The translations under genes were made by a program, and so were the position numbers. A DNA stretch of 64,000 bases from Eledone cirrhosa (Eukaryota): contig OZ024741.1 of the NCBI GenBank assembly GCA_964016885.1, positions 292,764,001-292,828,000 of the forward strand. Reading direction: 5' to 3'. Shown here piece after piece: positions 13,647 to 25,699 of this stretch (positions within the stretch are counted from its first letter, which is position 1; the number at the start of each line of letters is the position of its first letter). The notes under the pieces were generated by a model that saw only the letters and a list, made by a program, of their open reading frames with translations, did not search any database and was not told the origin of the DNA.

Positions 13647-13920
13647 GGAGGCACACAGCTTAGTGGTTAGAGCATTGGCCTTGCAATTGAAAGGTTGTGA
13701 GTTCAATTCTCAGGCCGGGTGATGTGTTGTTTCCTTGAGCAAGACACTTTATTTCACATTGCACCAGTTTACTCAGCTGTAGAAATGAGATGATAGGGAC
13801 TGGGGTCCATATCATTCCACTGCAAAGTGGTCGTGGAGGTGCCACGGCAAAAAAGCACCCAGCACTCACTGTAAATGAGGTTGCTGTTAGGAGGGCATCC
13901 AGCTGTAGAAATCAAGCCAG
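13647..13920 (+). mobile_element. tRNA-derived CORE-like SINE (family A), 3'-truncated
   Basis: GGAGGCAC..GCTTAGTGGTTAGAGC (A box), GAGTTCAATTC (B box), CCTTGAGCAAGACACTT core; homologous to 51392-51736. Confidence 0.9.
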
Positions 13921-14122
13921 TGACCTCATAGAGGATATGTGTTTTCTAAATTTAAGACAGTAGGGAGGGGTGTGATAGGGGGAGAGTTAGCTGCTGTTTC
14001 TAGCAGGTTTAGTGACCTCATAGAGGATATGTGTTTTTTAAATTTAAGACAGTAGGGGGTGGTGTGATATGGGGGAGAGTTAGCTGCTGTTTCTAGCAGG
14101 TTTAGTGACCCCATAGAGGATA
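13920..14122. repeat. ~92-bp tandem repeat, about 2.2 copies
   Basis: Unit GTGACCTCATAGAGGATATGTG...CTAGCAGGTTTA starts at ~13920, ~14012 and ~14105. Confidence 0.9.
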
Positions 14123-14129
14123 TTATTGT

Positions 14130-14323
14130 GTATAGTAAATAAACTGATACTTCTTTCTTCCACGTTCGTTGAGAGGTTTTAAAAAAGATTTATCGCTATT
14201 TTTTTTGTTGTTGAATAAATTTACCTTTTGCTTTTGAATAATTGTTGTTTCGTATGAAATGTAATAAGTTCTCTTTGTCATTGAAGTAAATAAATGTTTG
14301 CCCGTTCCACACTCAAAAACAAA

Positions 14324-14361
<38 letters not shown>

Positions 14362-14653
14362 GCGTTCCTAAAGGGAGTTTGTAAGCATGTATACAGTTTT
14401 ATCGAATTTGAAGGGGAGTAGAGAGAGGTAATCAGATGGTATTAGGGGGATAAAGCGTCATGTATTTAGTTTTATCGATTATTTCCGTAATTGTGGGTGA
14501 GTGTGAATGAAATAAATAGTCGTTGACCTACGGTAGACCATTTGCAACATTCTTACAGACTTTGAGTCAAATCGGTTTGAAATTGTGCAAAGGTATAAAC
14601 ATGAAAGATGCACACACACACAACAACAACAATCTGCCTTTTATAGATAAGGA
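14130..14653 (-). mobile_element. Probable non-autonomous Helitron 5' portion
   Basis: Minus strand begins A|TCCTTATCTATAAAAGG followed by a (TG)n tract and CCGATTTGACTCAAA, a layout typical of non-autonomous Helitrons. No 3' CTRR end was seen. Confidence 0.45.
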
Positions 14654-14748
14654 TATATATTATATATATATATATTATATATATATATATATAATATATA
14701 TATATATTATATATATTATATATATATATATATATTAAATATATTATA

Positions 14749-14820
<72 letters not shown>

Positions 14821-14823
<3 letters not shown>

Positions 14824-15945
14824 GGTGCTGTCAGTAAAGTCACAGTAAGAATAGAGTTTAGTGAGGAATTCCAGATACAAGTAGGAGTACATCAAGGTTC
14901 AGTCCTCAGTCCGCTCTTGTTCATTATAGTCCTCCAAGCCATAACAGAGGAGTTTAAGACTGGCTGTCCATGGGAACTTCTCTATGCTGACAATCTGGTT
15001 CTTATAGCAGAATCAGTAGAGGAGCTAGAGAACAAATTCTGGCTATGGAAACAGGAGTTGGAAGCAAGAGGACTGAGAGTGAACCTAACTAAGACAAAAG
15101 TGTTGATGAGTAGTAAAGAGGACAAAACTCTGATTCCATCAGGGAAATGGCCATGTTCGATATGCAGAAAAGGAACTGGCATAAATTCTATAAAATGCAC
15201 ACAATGCAGATCCTGGGTACACAAGAAATGTAGTGGGATACCAGGCAAACTAACAGGTAGGGAAAAATGCAGTAGATGTACAGAGAAATTAAACAGATGA
15301 AGTCGCATTGATAGACACATTTTTCAATTGCAGGTGGAAGCTCTAGAAGTGGTTGATAGCTTCCGGTACCTAGGAGATCAGATTAGCATGGGAGGTGGGT
15401 GTTCCGAGGCCATAGTTTCTAGAATAAGGACGGGTTGGAAGAAGTTTAGGGAGCAGCTTCCTTTGTTGACGAACAAGTGTTTCTCCCTGCGTACGAAAGG
15501 CCGGTTATATGATGCCTGTGTGAGGAGCGCGATGCTGCATGGTAGTGAGACTTGGGCAGCAACTGCAGAGGATATACGATGGTTGGAGAGAAATGAGGCA
15601 AGCATGCTCCATTGGATGTTCAGTGTAAATGTGCGTGAACAACCGAGCATGGATGAGTTGAGAGAGAAACAGTGTCTGAGAGGGATAGAATGTAGTGTCC
15701 GAGAGAGAAGACTGCGGTGGTATGGACATGTGATGCGCATGGAGGATGACCGATGGGTGAAAAAGTGCCAGGAAATGCCAGTTGAAGGAAGACGTGGTAG
15801 AGGTAGACCACAAAAAACATCGCTGAAGCTCACGGTGGAGATGATGAAGGACTGTGACAAGTGGAGAGATGCTGTTGTGCTGAATAGGACCCGTCTCACC
15901 CTTGCAAGCAGGGAAAAGCGGACGTAAAATGATGATGATGATGAT
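14821..15945 (+). mobile_element. RTE-clade LINE, 5'-truncated, with (GAT)n tail
   Basis: GVHQGSVLSP, LLYAD(N)L, WPCSIC..C..C....H..C, FRYLG, HGSETW, RRLRWYGHVMRM, RGRP motifs; one frameshift near 15300; ends in GATGATGAT. Confidence 0.95.
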
Positions 15946-15971
15946 TATATATATATTATATATATATAAAT

Positions 15972-16004
<33 letters not shown>

Positions 16005-17504
16005 ATCTATGTTTGCATACAAACGAGTTTATATATATGTGTGTGTGTGTGATAGGTTATTACATGTTCTTTCTTGGAGAAAGAAAAGAGGATAGATAGA
16101 GAGAGAGAGAGAGAGACTAAGAGAAAGAGAGGAATCCCATAAAGATTTATAAATAATGTTAAGCAGGTAGAAGGAAGTTGAGTCAAGACAGCAATTTCAA
16201 TTAGCAATACATAAAATATAAAGACAGAACATTAAGAAAATATAAGCAAGCCATGGTATTTATTACCGAAGTATTCTGGTGTTGTTGGCACTAAATATTA
16301 GTGGGGAGACACAGATTCTGTCTTAAATAACAATGGAACAGAATTACTGAGGAAATATGCACACAGGCATAGACACACAGATGCACACACACAGACACAT
16401 TGATACAGATATACACATGCACACGCACACACATAGACACAGACTCACACATTGATACATACACAGGCATACATGCATGCATAGATGTACACACAAATAT
16501 GTGCACAAATAAACACATTCATGGTCACATAGAAGCATACACATAGACACAGACATAGGCACATGCACCCACACATACACACACACACACGCACACGCCA
16601 CGCACACACACTCACATACACATATAGACACAGATGCACACGCTTTCACACATACACAGGTATATATATATATACATGCATAGATTTACACACAAACATA
16701 TATGCAGAAATAAACACACTCATGGCCACATGGAAACACACACATATATACACAGAGATTGATACATTGAAAGAGAGAAAGAGAGGGGATATGCTTTGGG
16801 ATATGGAAGTAGGTAGATGTCCAGAAATAAGTAGGTATGTGGATAGGTAGGTATTTAGATACATCGACAATATGTAAGTAGATAGATAGATAGATATTTA
16901 TGTAGATTGCAAGCAGACAAATAGAAAGAAGGAGGTGAAGACAGATATATATATAGAGAGATAGATAGACAGAGTGGTAGATACTTAGATAGATATCTAG
17001 ATAGAAACAGATAAATATACACACAGAGATCTACACATATATCACAAACTTTTAAAGTTACTATACATAAAGAAACAGTATTTACCAGGGAAACAGCAAT
17101 TAAATTAGGTTTATGATAATTGGGGGTCTCTAGGCAAAGTTGAGATGTTAAGTATACTCTAAGGCATTGGAAACTGGCTTAACCCATTCATGAATGCATT
17201 TCTAATGAAATACAGTCTATTTTAATTAATTAATGATGAATAATGAGGAATTTACTAAAATTATTAATAATTTCATTACTAAATATAGTAACTTTATGTA
17301 AGGTTCTTATACAAAAGTATGTTGGAAGATTTTTATGTAAATTGTAAACCTTTAAAATGGGTGGTTTTATTTCATGGAACCAGATTAGTTTTGACTGGGT
17401 TGGTAACAAATATGACTACTTGCTGTCGCTAGCTGTAGCTATCTGCTCTTTTAGAGATTAAGTAATATATATCTATGCATGCATGAATGCATGTATGTAT
17501 GTAT

Positions 17505-18190
17505 GTATGAATGTTTCTCTTAATTTCAAATACATTTTTGACCGGCCACCTTCCTGGTGGTAAGGCTGTAAAAGAAAAGAAATTGTAATTCCTTGAATCA
17601 CAAGAATGTTTTGCAAATTTTGAAGGTGCCAGCTATTGCAGCCATTTGTAGTCTGTGAATTAGGGAGCTGAGCTTTGTCCACAAATCCAAGTTCAGTTAT
17701 ACTTTGGTCTAAGCGGGTTGGTATATAACCTGTAGCTCCAATAATGATGGGTATGAAACTGAAGGTGTATCTTGGATACTGGATATGCAAACTCCTCATC
17801 AATAGTCCTTAGATGTCATCTTTTGCTGGTATTTTTCTTACAACGTTTACATCAAGTGGGCAGCTGATCTCTACAACAGAACACGTTTTCAATGTGTGGT
17901 CCCAAACAACAATATCAAGCTGGTTGTGCTTTCATTTGGTGGCAGTTTTTTTCAAGTTCCACCAGTATTCTTTAGTGCCATCTATCTCAACATATTTCTC
18001 CTCATTTGTTTTTAATTTTGTTTTCCAAAGTGCGTTCCACATGGTTCTAGCTATCACATCATGTCTCATAGGGAGACGGCATTCTTTCGCAGTTGGCAAC
18101 AATGTGGCTAACATCTTTGATCTTTGTTTTACATAGCCTACATTTATTGTTGACGGATGGCTCTCCTCTTTTGTGTAGGAGATATTTGGT
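17505..18190 (-). mobile_element. R4/Dong-like non-LTR retrotransposon 3' fragment (CCHC finger + restriction-like endonuclease)
   Basis: Across frameshifts: KCRLCKTKIKDVSHIVANC, RHD, EYWWN, 'LDIVVWD', 'VEISCP', IPIIIGATGYIP. The 3' end runs into (CATA)n. Confidence 0.8.
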
Positions 18191-18409
18191 ATGTATGTGT
18201 GTCTTCCAACACACAAAATCATACACAGATAGACAGTTAGCAAGAGTGAGAAAGAGGGAGAGAAAAGGATAGAGAGAGGGAGGGAGAGACAAATAACACT
18301 ATTAGCAGTGAATGCTGACTTCTGGCATGAATGAGATCTTTTTAGAACTATTTTGTTAGATTGTAGTATTTGTGTGACACACACACATGAAATGTGTGCA
18401 ACCCATGAT

Positions 18410-18595
18410 AATTGTTTCTACTTTTGGCACAAGGCCAGCAATTACCCAGTGCATTACTGGTACTTTATTTTATCGACCCCGTAAGGATGAAAGGCAAAGT
18501 CAACCTCGGCGGGATTTTGAACTCAGATCGTAAAGGGACGTAACTATGCTGGAAAGCATGGCGTCCGACCCTCTACCGATACTGCCAATCCACTG
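18410..18595 (-). mobile_element. SINE family B copy
   Basis: Near-identical to 4517-4692. Confidence 0.88.
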
Positions 18596-18789
18596 GACAG
18601 ACATGGCAGCAAGTGTGTCTATCCATTGTTTTTTTCATCTCCAGATGTACTTTACATAATTTTCTCAACTACTATTTTTAATAGTGATCAACTATTACTA
18701 AGGTTGTTTGTATTGGTATGTACATATTTCAATTTTTCCCAATATTTCTTGAATCAACCAATTTATATATATATATATGTAATGTAGTT

Positions 18790-18990
18790 GACGTTAGGAA
18801 GGGCATCCAGCCGTAGAAAACCAGTCAGATACAGTTCTATACGAGCGAAACACGGTCACCCGACCAATCTTGCCTCAAGTTGAACAAACCCGTCTAACCC
18901 ATGCTAGCTTGGAAGATGGATATTAAACAATGATGATGATGACGGTCTAACCCATGCACGCATGGAAAAGTGGACGTAAAAGTGATGATA
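18790..18990 (+). mobile_element. RTE LINE/SINE 3' tail fragments (tail duplicated in tandem)
   Basis: GTTAGGAAGGGCATCCAGC...CCCGTCTAACCCATGC...(GAT)n, followed by a second GTCTAACCCATGC...GTGATGAT. Confidence 0.75.
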
Positions 18991-19117
18991 TATATATATA
19001 TATGTATATATATAATGTCGAATATATACATGCATATATATGTATGTGATGTATACTAAATGCACATATAGACATGTGTATATATTATGTTTAATGCACA
19101 TACATATTTATACACAT

Positions 19118-19150
<33 letters not shown>

Positions 19151-19361
19151 AATGTAAGTATGTATACGTACATACATATATGTATACAGACGTACAGTAG
19201 TATGTGTATATATACATACATGCACACACATATATATATGTACGTATGGGTTTACCGAACATTTATTATAATGTTTGGTTTGTTTGTAGGCTGCTCAGCA
19301 GTTAATATGCATAAGGAAAGTATATACTTTCAAACGTTCAATCATCTGACAGGAAAGTATA

Positions 19362-19394
19362 CGTTGCTGACGATAGCTTGAAACTAGTTCATCG
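19362..19394 (+). ncRNA. Hammerhead ribozyme with an 8-nt deletion in stem II
   Basis: CGTTG CTGACGA TAGCTT GAAA CTAG TT CATCG; lacks AATAAGCT relative to the sister copy. Confidence 0.7.
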
Positions 19395-19781
19395 TTCCTT
19401 TGTCAGTGTTGAACAAAAGGGCGACGATGGTTGCCGAACACTGTACGGCTTAATTCTGGATGTTTGTTTACAAAAAAAAATGAGCATTATAATAAATGTT
19501 CGGTAAATCCATACGTACATATATGTGTGTGCATGTATGTATATATATACATACTACTGTACGTTTGTATACATATATGTATGTACGTATACATACTTAT
19601 ATTTAAGTATCAGCCATACAAAGAGTGAGAAATTTCATTTCATTTCATTCTTTTCCATTTATCTTTTTCGGTACGCCCAGCCAACTAACTAACTCGATAT
19701 GCAAATTAGGCTGCTCAGCCGTTAATATGCATAAGGAAAGTATATACTTTCAAACGTTCAATCATCTGACAGGGAGGTATA

Positions 19782-19822
19782 TGATGCTGATGATAGCTAA
19801 TAAGCTTGAAACTAGTTCATTG
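19782..19822 (+). ncRNA. Minimal type-I hammerhead ribozyme
   Basis: TGATG CTGATGA T-AGCT-AATA-AGCT-T GAAA CTAG TT CATTG: canonical CUGANGA/GAAA core, palindromic stem III ACTAGT, 5-bp stem I, GUU triplet. Confidence 0.88.
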
Positions 19823-20059
19823 TTCCTTTGTCAGTGTTGAACAAAAGGGCGACGATGGTTGCCGAACATTGTACGGCTTAATTCAGACTTTAATAATAAA
19901 TGTTTGGTAAACCCACACGTACATATATATATGTGTGCATGTATGTATATATATACATGCTACTGTACGTCTGTATACATATATGTATGTACGTATACAT
20001 ACTTACATTTAAGTATCAGCCATACTAAGAGTGAGAAATGAAATTTCATTTCATTCTTT

Positions 20060-20169
<110 letters not shown>

Positions 20170-20959
20170 TACATACATGTTTCACACAACACTACTATTT
20201 ATACAATAGTCTTAGAAAAGCACACACATGCCCCATATACATACGCCTCAAAAAGCTGTGTATGTATGTAGACATATACACAGGCCCACACACACATGCT
20301 AATATCTCTAGACTTCTACTATGACTATATTACATATGCAATATTAAACAAAATATTCAAGGCACATATATCCTATATTATAGAGTCCTTTGTGAAGATT
20401 TTTCAATATTCTTTCTTTTATTCCTTAAGCTTCAATGAAGTAAGAATCGGACAAACGTTCCTATGGAGAATTGTTTTAATAATGGTTAATGCTGCAGTTC
20501 TCCAGTAAATATCTGTAACCGTTTACCAATATTTAATATTACTATTTCATTTTAACTATTCTAGATGTGGGTTTAATATGCCATTAGTGATAGACTTGGA
20601 ATGTCATTCATCCAGAGATGTGGCATAGCTGTCTGGTTAAAACTTTTGCTTTGCAGGCACATTGGTCTCGGTATGATACCTTGGGTAGGTATCTTCTACC
20701 ACAGCCTAGTGTTGTGAGTGGAATTTAGCAGATGGAGACTGTATAGAAGCCTTTTACTTATATATATATATATATAATTTAAAAATGAAACTGATTATCA
20801 TCATCACCATTTTACGTCCAGCATGGAAGAACGGACGTAAAACGGTGATGATGATAATCAGTTTCATTTTAAATTACACTTATATTTTTAGTGCATTTGA
20901 AAGAGCTGATCGTATTCATGCAATGGTAAGCCAAATTATTGATACATATATATATGGTG

Positions 20960-21240
20960 TCATGCAGTAATACAGAAGATCCGACTTCCCATGGGTACAA
21001 GCTGAAGCTGAAGCATATAGACAATATGCCCCCAGCTCTCCCACAGGAAAGTGGTCATGTAGGGGCCACGGAAAAAATTTGGTTGGTGTTAGGAAGGGCA
21101 TCCAGTTGTAGAAATCAAGCCAAAATCAGTTCCCGCATGAGGAAGACAAGATCAGCTGACCAGGCAATGCCCACAACAGGACAACCCGTCTAACCAATGC
21201 TAGCGTGGAAGAATGGACGTAAAACGGTGATGATGATGAT
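20960..21240 (+). mobile_element. RTE LINE 3' end/UTR
   Basis: Homologous to the reverse complement of 50860-51200; ends in (GAT)n. Confidence 0.85.
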
Positions 21241-21249
21241 ATATATTAT

Positions 21250-21395
<146 letters not shown>

Positions 21396-21446
21396 ATATA
21401 TATATTATTATATTATTATATATATATTATTATATATATCATCACA

Positions 21447-21737
21447 TCATCATCACATCATTTTACATCTGCTTTTCCCTGCTTGCAAGGGTGGGACGGG
21501 AACCTGATTCTGGCTTGATTTTTCTACAGCTGGATGCCCTTCCTAACACCAACCTCATTTACAGTGAGGGCTGGGTGCTTTTTTGCCGTGGCACCTCCAC
21601 GACCACTTTCCAGTGGAATGATAGGGACCCCAGTCCCTATCATCTCATTTCTACAGCTGAGTAAACTGGAGCAATGTGAAATAAAGTGTCTTGCTCAAGG
21701 AAACAACACATCACCCGGTCTGAGAATTGAACTCACA
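21447..21737 (-). mobile_element. SINE family A copy, 5'-truncated
   Basis: Reverse complement of 51440-51736. Confidence 0.9.
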
Positions 21738-21776
21738 TATATAATAATATATATATATAGATTATTATATATATAT

Positions 21777-21818
<42 letters not shown>

Positions 21819-21820
21819 AC

Positions 21821-21865
<45 letters not shown>

Positions 21866-23717
21866 CTATTGTATATTTTGTGAAAAACATCAGTTATGTT
21901 GGAAAGAGGATGATAAAAGGTGTGTATGTATGTGTGTGAGTGAGATGATGATGATATGCACACATACACACCTACAAAGAGACATGTACTTACACATACT
22001 GTTGCACATTTTAACATACTCATATATACAGTCTCACATATGTATACCTAAACATGCAGACACAAACACAGACACACACACAAACAAACATGTATACATA
22101 CACACCCTTGCCTTTCCTTCACACTCCACCAATGTAATTAGATATTGTGTTGTGGTTATAATGTTTCATTGCTACGTGACTATGTTCCGTCATGTTTCAG
22201 CCATGACAGCGATCCATCGTTAAGTTAAATTAAACATGGAACTCATTTACACGAGCTGAACAATTAAATTATATACTGTGTGAATACATACATGCATATA
22301 TATATATATATATGCACGTATATATGTATAGAGAGAGAACGATACTTTATACATATATATAAATGTATATATTTATGCATATATATGTGTGTGTTTGTGT
22401 GTGCATATATATATATATATTTATATATATATATCTATATATATATATATACGTGTGTGTGTATATATATTTAAACTGATGCTGTAAACCAAAAGGATAT
22501 TCACTTCTCTGACTAAGAATAGAACTTAGACACAATCATCATTATCATTGTCACCACCATCTTCATCATTGTTGTCATTATTATCACCATCATCATCATT
22601 TTTATCTTTATCCTGACCGTCATCATCTTTCTTATCTTATCATTGTCTTCATCATGATTTTTATCTTCTTCAATATCACCAATGCCATCCGCGCCACACC
22701 ATTTTCATCTTTTATCATCTTCTTATCCATTATTAAGCTTCCTTTCTTCCAACATCATCAACTTAATCATCATCATCTTTCCCTATTAACATATTAAAAC
22801 ACTGACTGTGTGTATGTTTGTATGTGTCTGTCTGTGTGTGTATGTGTCTGCCTGCCTGTGTGTGTGTGTTTGTATATGTCTGTCTCTGTGTGTGTGTGTC
22901 TGCCTGCCTCTGTGTGTGTGTATATGGACAAGATGAAAAAGCTGTACAAATTGATCGATAGATACAAAAACAGAACTGGAACAAATCGAGTGGAAAGAAC
23001 AAAGAAATGACGAAATAACAAAGTATATTATATGTTAAATAAATAACAGAGAACAAAGCACTGTTGAATTATTATAGAGAGTATTGTAGAAGTGATATGT
23101 ACAATTGTTTCTAAATCTTCTTCAATGTACTGAGGCCTCTCCCAGTTCTTTAATAGCAAAGAAATATGATGTAGTACATTCATAGATTTGTGTATACTGG
23201 ATATATATTCATGATCACATACATATAAGTACATACATGATGATGTGGAGCACATACGTACATGCATATATACATTGCTGCTGTTACCGATACATATGTA
23301 CATATAAGCATACATATATACAAACACTCATAATCACACACATATTTACATACATACATCTTGCTCTGTGCTGCCAGGAATAAAACTTATTACTTTATAA
23401 TCAGAAACTGAAGACCCAAACCTCTAAGCCATGTATGTATTTTCACACATACATACTAGTTTTAGCACTCTTCATCATCATCATTGACATCTGCTTTCCA
23501 TACTTTGAGCAAGCAAGTGAAACTCCAAAGGAACAATACTCACTATTTAGCCACAATAAATGAATATATATATATATATTTCGTAGTTTAGTTTATTCAA
23601 TAATTTTGGTAAATCTGTGGGTCACTGGAAGTGGTACCAACATTAGCACTCAAGGCTCAGACAGAATATCTAAATTAAGTATAACAAGATGAAGTTTCAT
23701 ATGAATCTTCATCTTGT

Positions 23718-23750
<33 letters not shown>

Positions 23751-24603
23751 TAAAATAACAGATTAAAGTTTAAGCAAAGAATCGCTGCTTTCACCATTAA
23801 CGGGATCTTCTGAAACTAACAAAGTCTATCTGTGAACGCAGAAGTGAATATTTCAAAAAACGTTGCAACCGGAGGAAGACAGGAAGACGATACTTTGGTT
23901 CATGGAAACGTTCCCTGGCAAAGAACGGGAAAAAACGAATATAATACGTCATTATTTGGAGCGGTGAAAAACAATTACACGCAAAGACAAAACCACGTTT
24001 ATGGTATAAAAGAAGTCGTAGACTAATATTCTATTCGGTGGTTCATAGAGATGGTCTCTGGTAATGAACGGGAAAAATTACTATTATTATTATTACTATA
24101 TATATATATAGTTCGTTGGTGTCCAGCATTAAGGAATCCACAAGTCTGATGAGCTATCGCATCTAGAGTCAGGCGCGATCAATATTGATCATTCCTTGAA
24201 CTGATCAATCGCAAAGCGAGCGTCACACATATATAAACATCATGATACTATATTGAATCCTCATTCCTAACATAAATGACAAGTAACGTTATAAATGCAC
24301 AAATATTTAAAAATAAACATCTATTTATTTGAAATATATACAAATCCTTATTTAGATTCATGTATGAGGCTGCTAGATCTGCCACTGATCCCAAACATGA
24401 TATGGACAATGGGAGGCTACCTTAATAACTTGCGTTACAGAATCAAAATAAGTATAACTCCTTTAAAATTAAGATATAAATTGAACGTACATAATAATAA
24501 AATAGTTTTCCAGTTTTTGTAATGCTCCTTTTAAACAACTATATACATTTTAGGAAATTTGTAGAAATTATAAAGTGACCTCTTTGTACTATTAAATAAT
24601 AAT

Positions 24604-24707
24604 TATTTCTACTTTTGGCACAAGGCGAGCAATTATCCCAGTGCATTACTGGTACTTTATTTCATCAACCCCGTAAGGATGAAAGGCAAAGTTAACCTCG
24701 GCGGGAT
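24604..24707 (-). mobile_element. SINE family B 3' half
   Basis: Matches 4517-4620. Confidence 0.8.
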
Positions 24708-25022
24708 GTATATATATATATATATTATTACTATATATAATATATATATATATATATATATCAAGTATTAAGCAAGCAAACCAATCAAAGAGGAGAGATA
24801 AGTTATTAGTTAAGAAAATTACAAGCCAGTAGAGAGAAGGTTAATGTGCTGGATGCATACAGTTTGCAAGAAATGCAAAAAAAGTGAGTACTTTGTAGAA
24901 ATTATATCTACCAAAATTATTATCTGCAGAGTAAAAAACCATGTATTACATGTATCCTGTGTTCAAAGAGGGGTAACCACAGTAAGTAAGGTACTCAATA
25001 CATAGCAGAGTGTAAATTTTTG

Positions 25023-25139
25023 ATATAGAAATGGTTTCTACAGGACTAGAACTGTTTCACTCGAAGAAAATCATCAGGGCTTTCCAGATGATTTACTTCG
25101 AATCAAACAGTTCTATCCCTGTAGAAGCCATTTCTATAT
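25023..25139. repeat. Imperfect inverted repeat made of two degenerate HHR copies
   Basis: Left arm on the minus strand: CTGATGA TTTTCTTCGAGT GAAAC AGTTCTA GTC. Right arm on the plus strand: CAGATGA TTTACTTCGAAT CAAAC AGTTCTA TCC. Each is followed by CTGTAGAARCCATTTCTATAT. Confidence 0.7.
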
Positions 25140-25699
25140 TTTAAAAAAAAAGAAAAAAATATATATATGGAGGCATGGAAAATAGCTGTTAAACTGTGAT
25201 TATGATGGTGATGATGATATATATATGTACATGGCCCCCCCACTCCACCCCATAGTTTGTAACCCTCTTTTGTAAGATACACTTTGAATTGTGTGTATGG
25301 GCCCATATTGCCAATAAAGAAAGGATTATCAATCCATTTCACGTATTTGATCAGTCAATCAATCAATGTCTTACTACTACTGCTGCTACTATTACAACAT
25401 TACCACCACAACACAACTACCAGTAACCTCCCCACTACCACTACCACCACCACTACTATCAACGCCATCACCACCATCACCAACACCACCACCACCACTA
25501 CTACAACCACTATCACCACCACCACCACTACTACTATCACAAGTAACAACTAGGAAATAGGAAAATATTAACTATCATGGAAGGAAAGGAAGAAAGAAAG
25601 CTTTAGAAAACCTAAAACTAAAAATATAAAATCTAAGAATTAGGAATAAATGAAGAAAGTCAAACCTGTAAAATGAAGGAGATTAAGTGCAGAATTATC

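Noticed and set aside
13920-14122. CRISPR-like array or ribozyme repeat
   Set aside because: Whole units are duplicated without unique spacers, the context is eukaryotic, and there is no HHR core.
16291-17024. Cys/Val/Tyr/Ile-rich ORFs (also at 21-23, 30.8, 39, 48.5 and 55 kb)
   Set aside because: Translations of (CA)n, (TA)n and (GA)n microsatellite mosaics.
24140-24230. CTGATGAG as a hammerhead core
   Set aside because: No stem II followed by GAAA, and no stem III could be formed.
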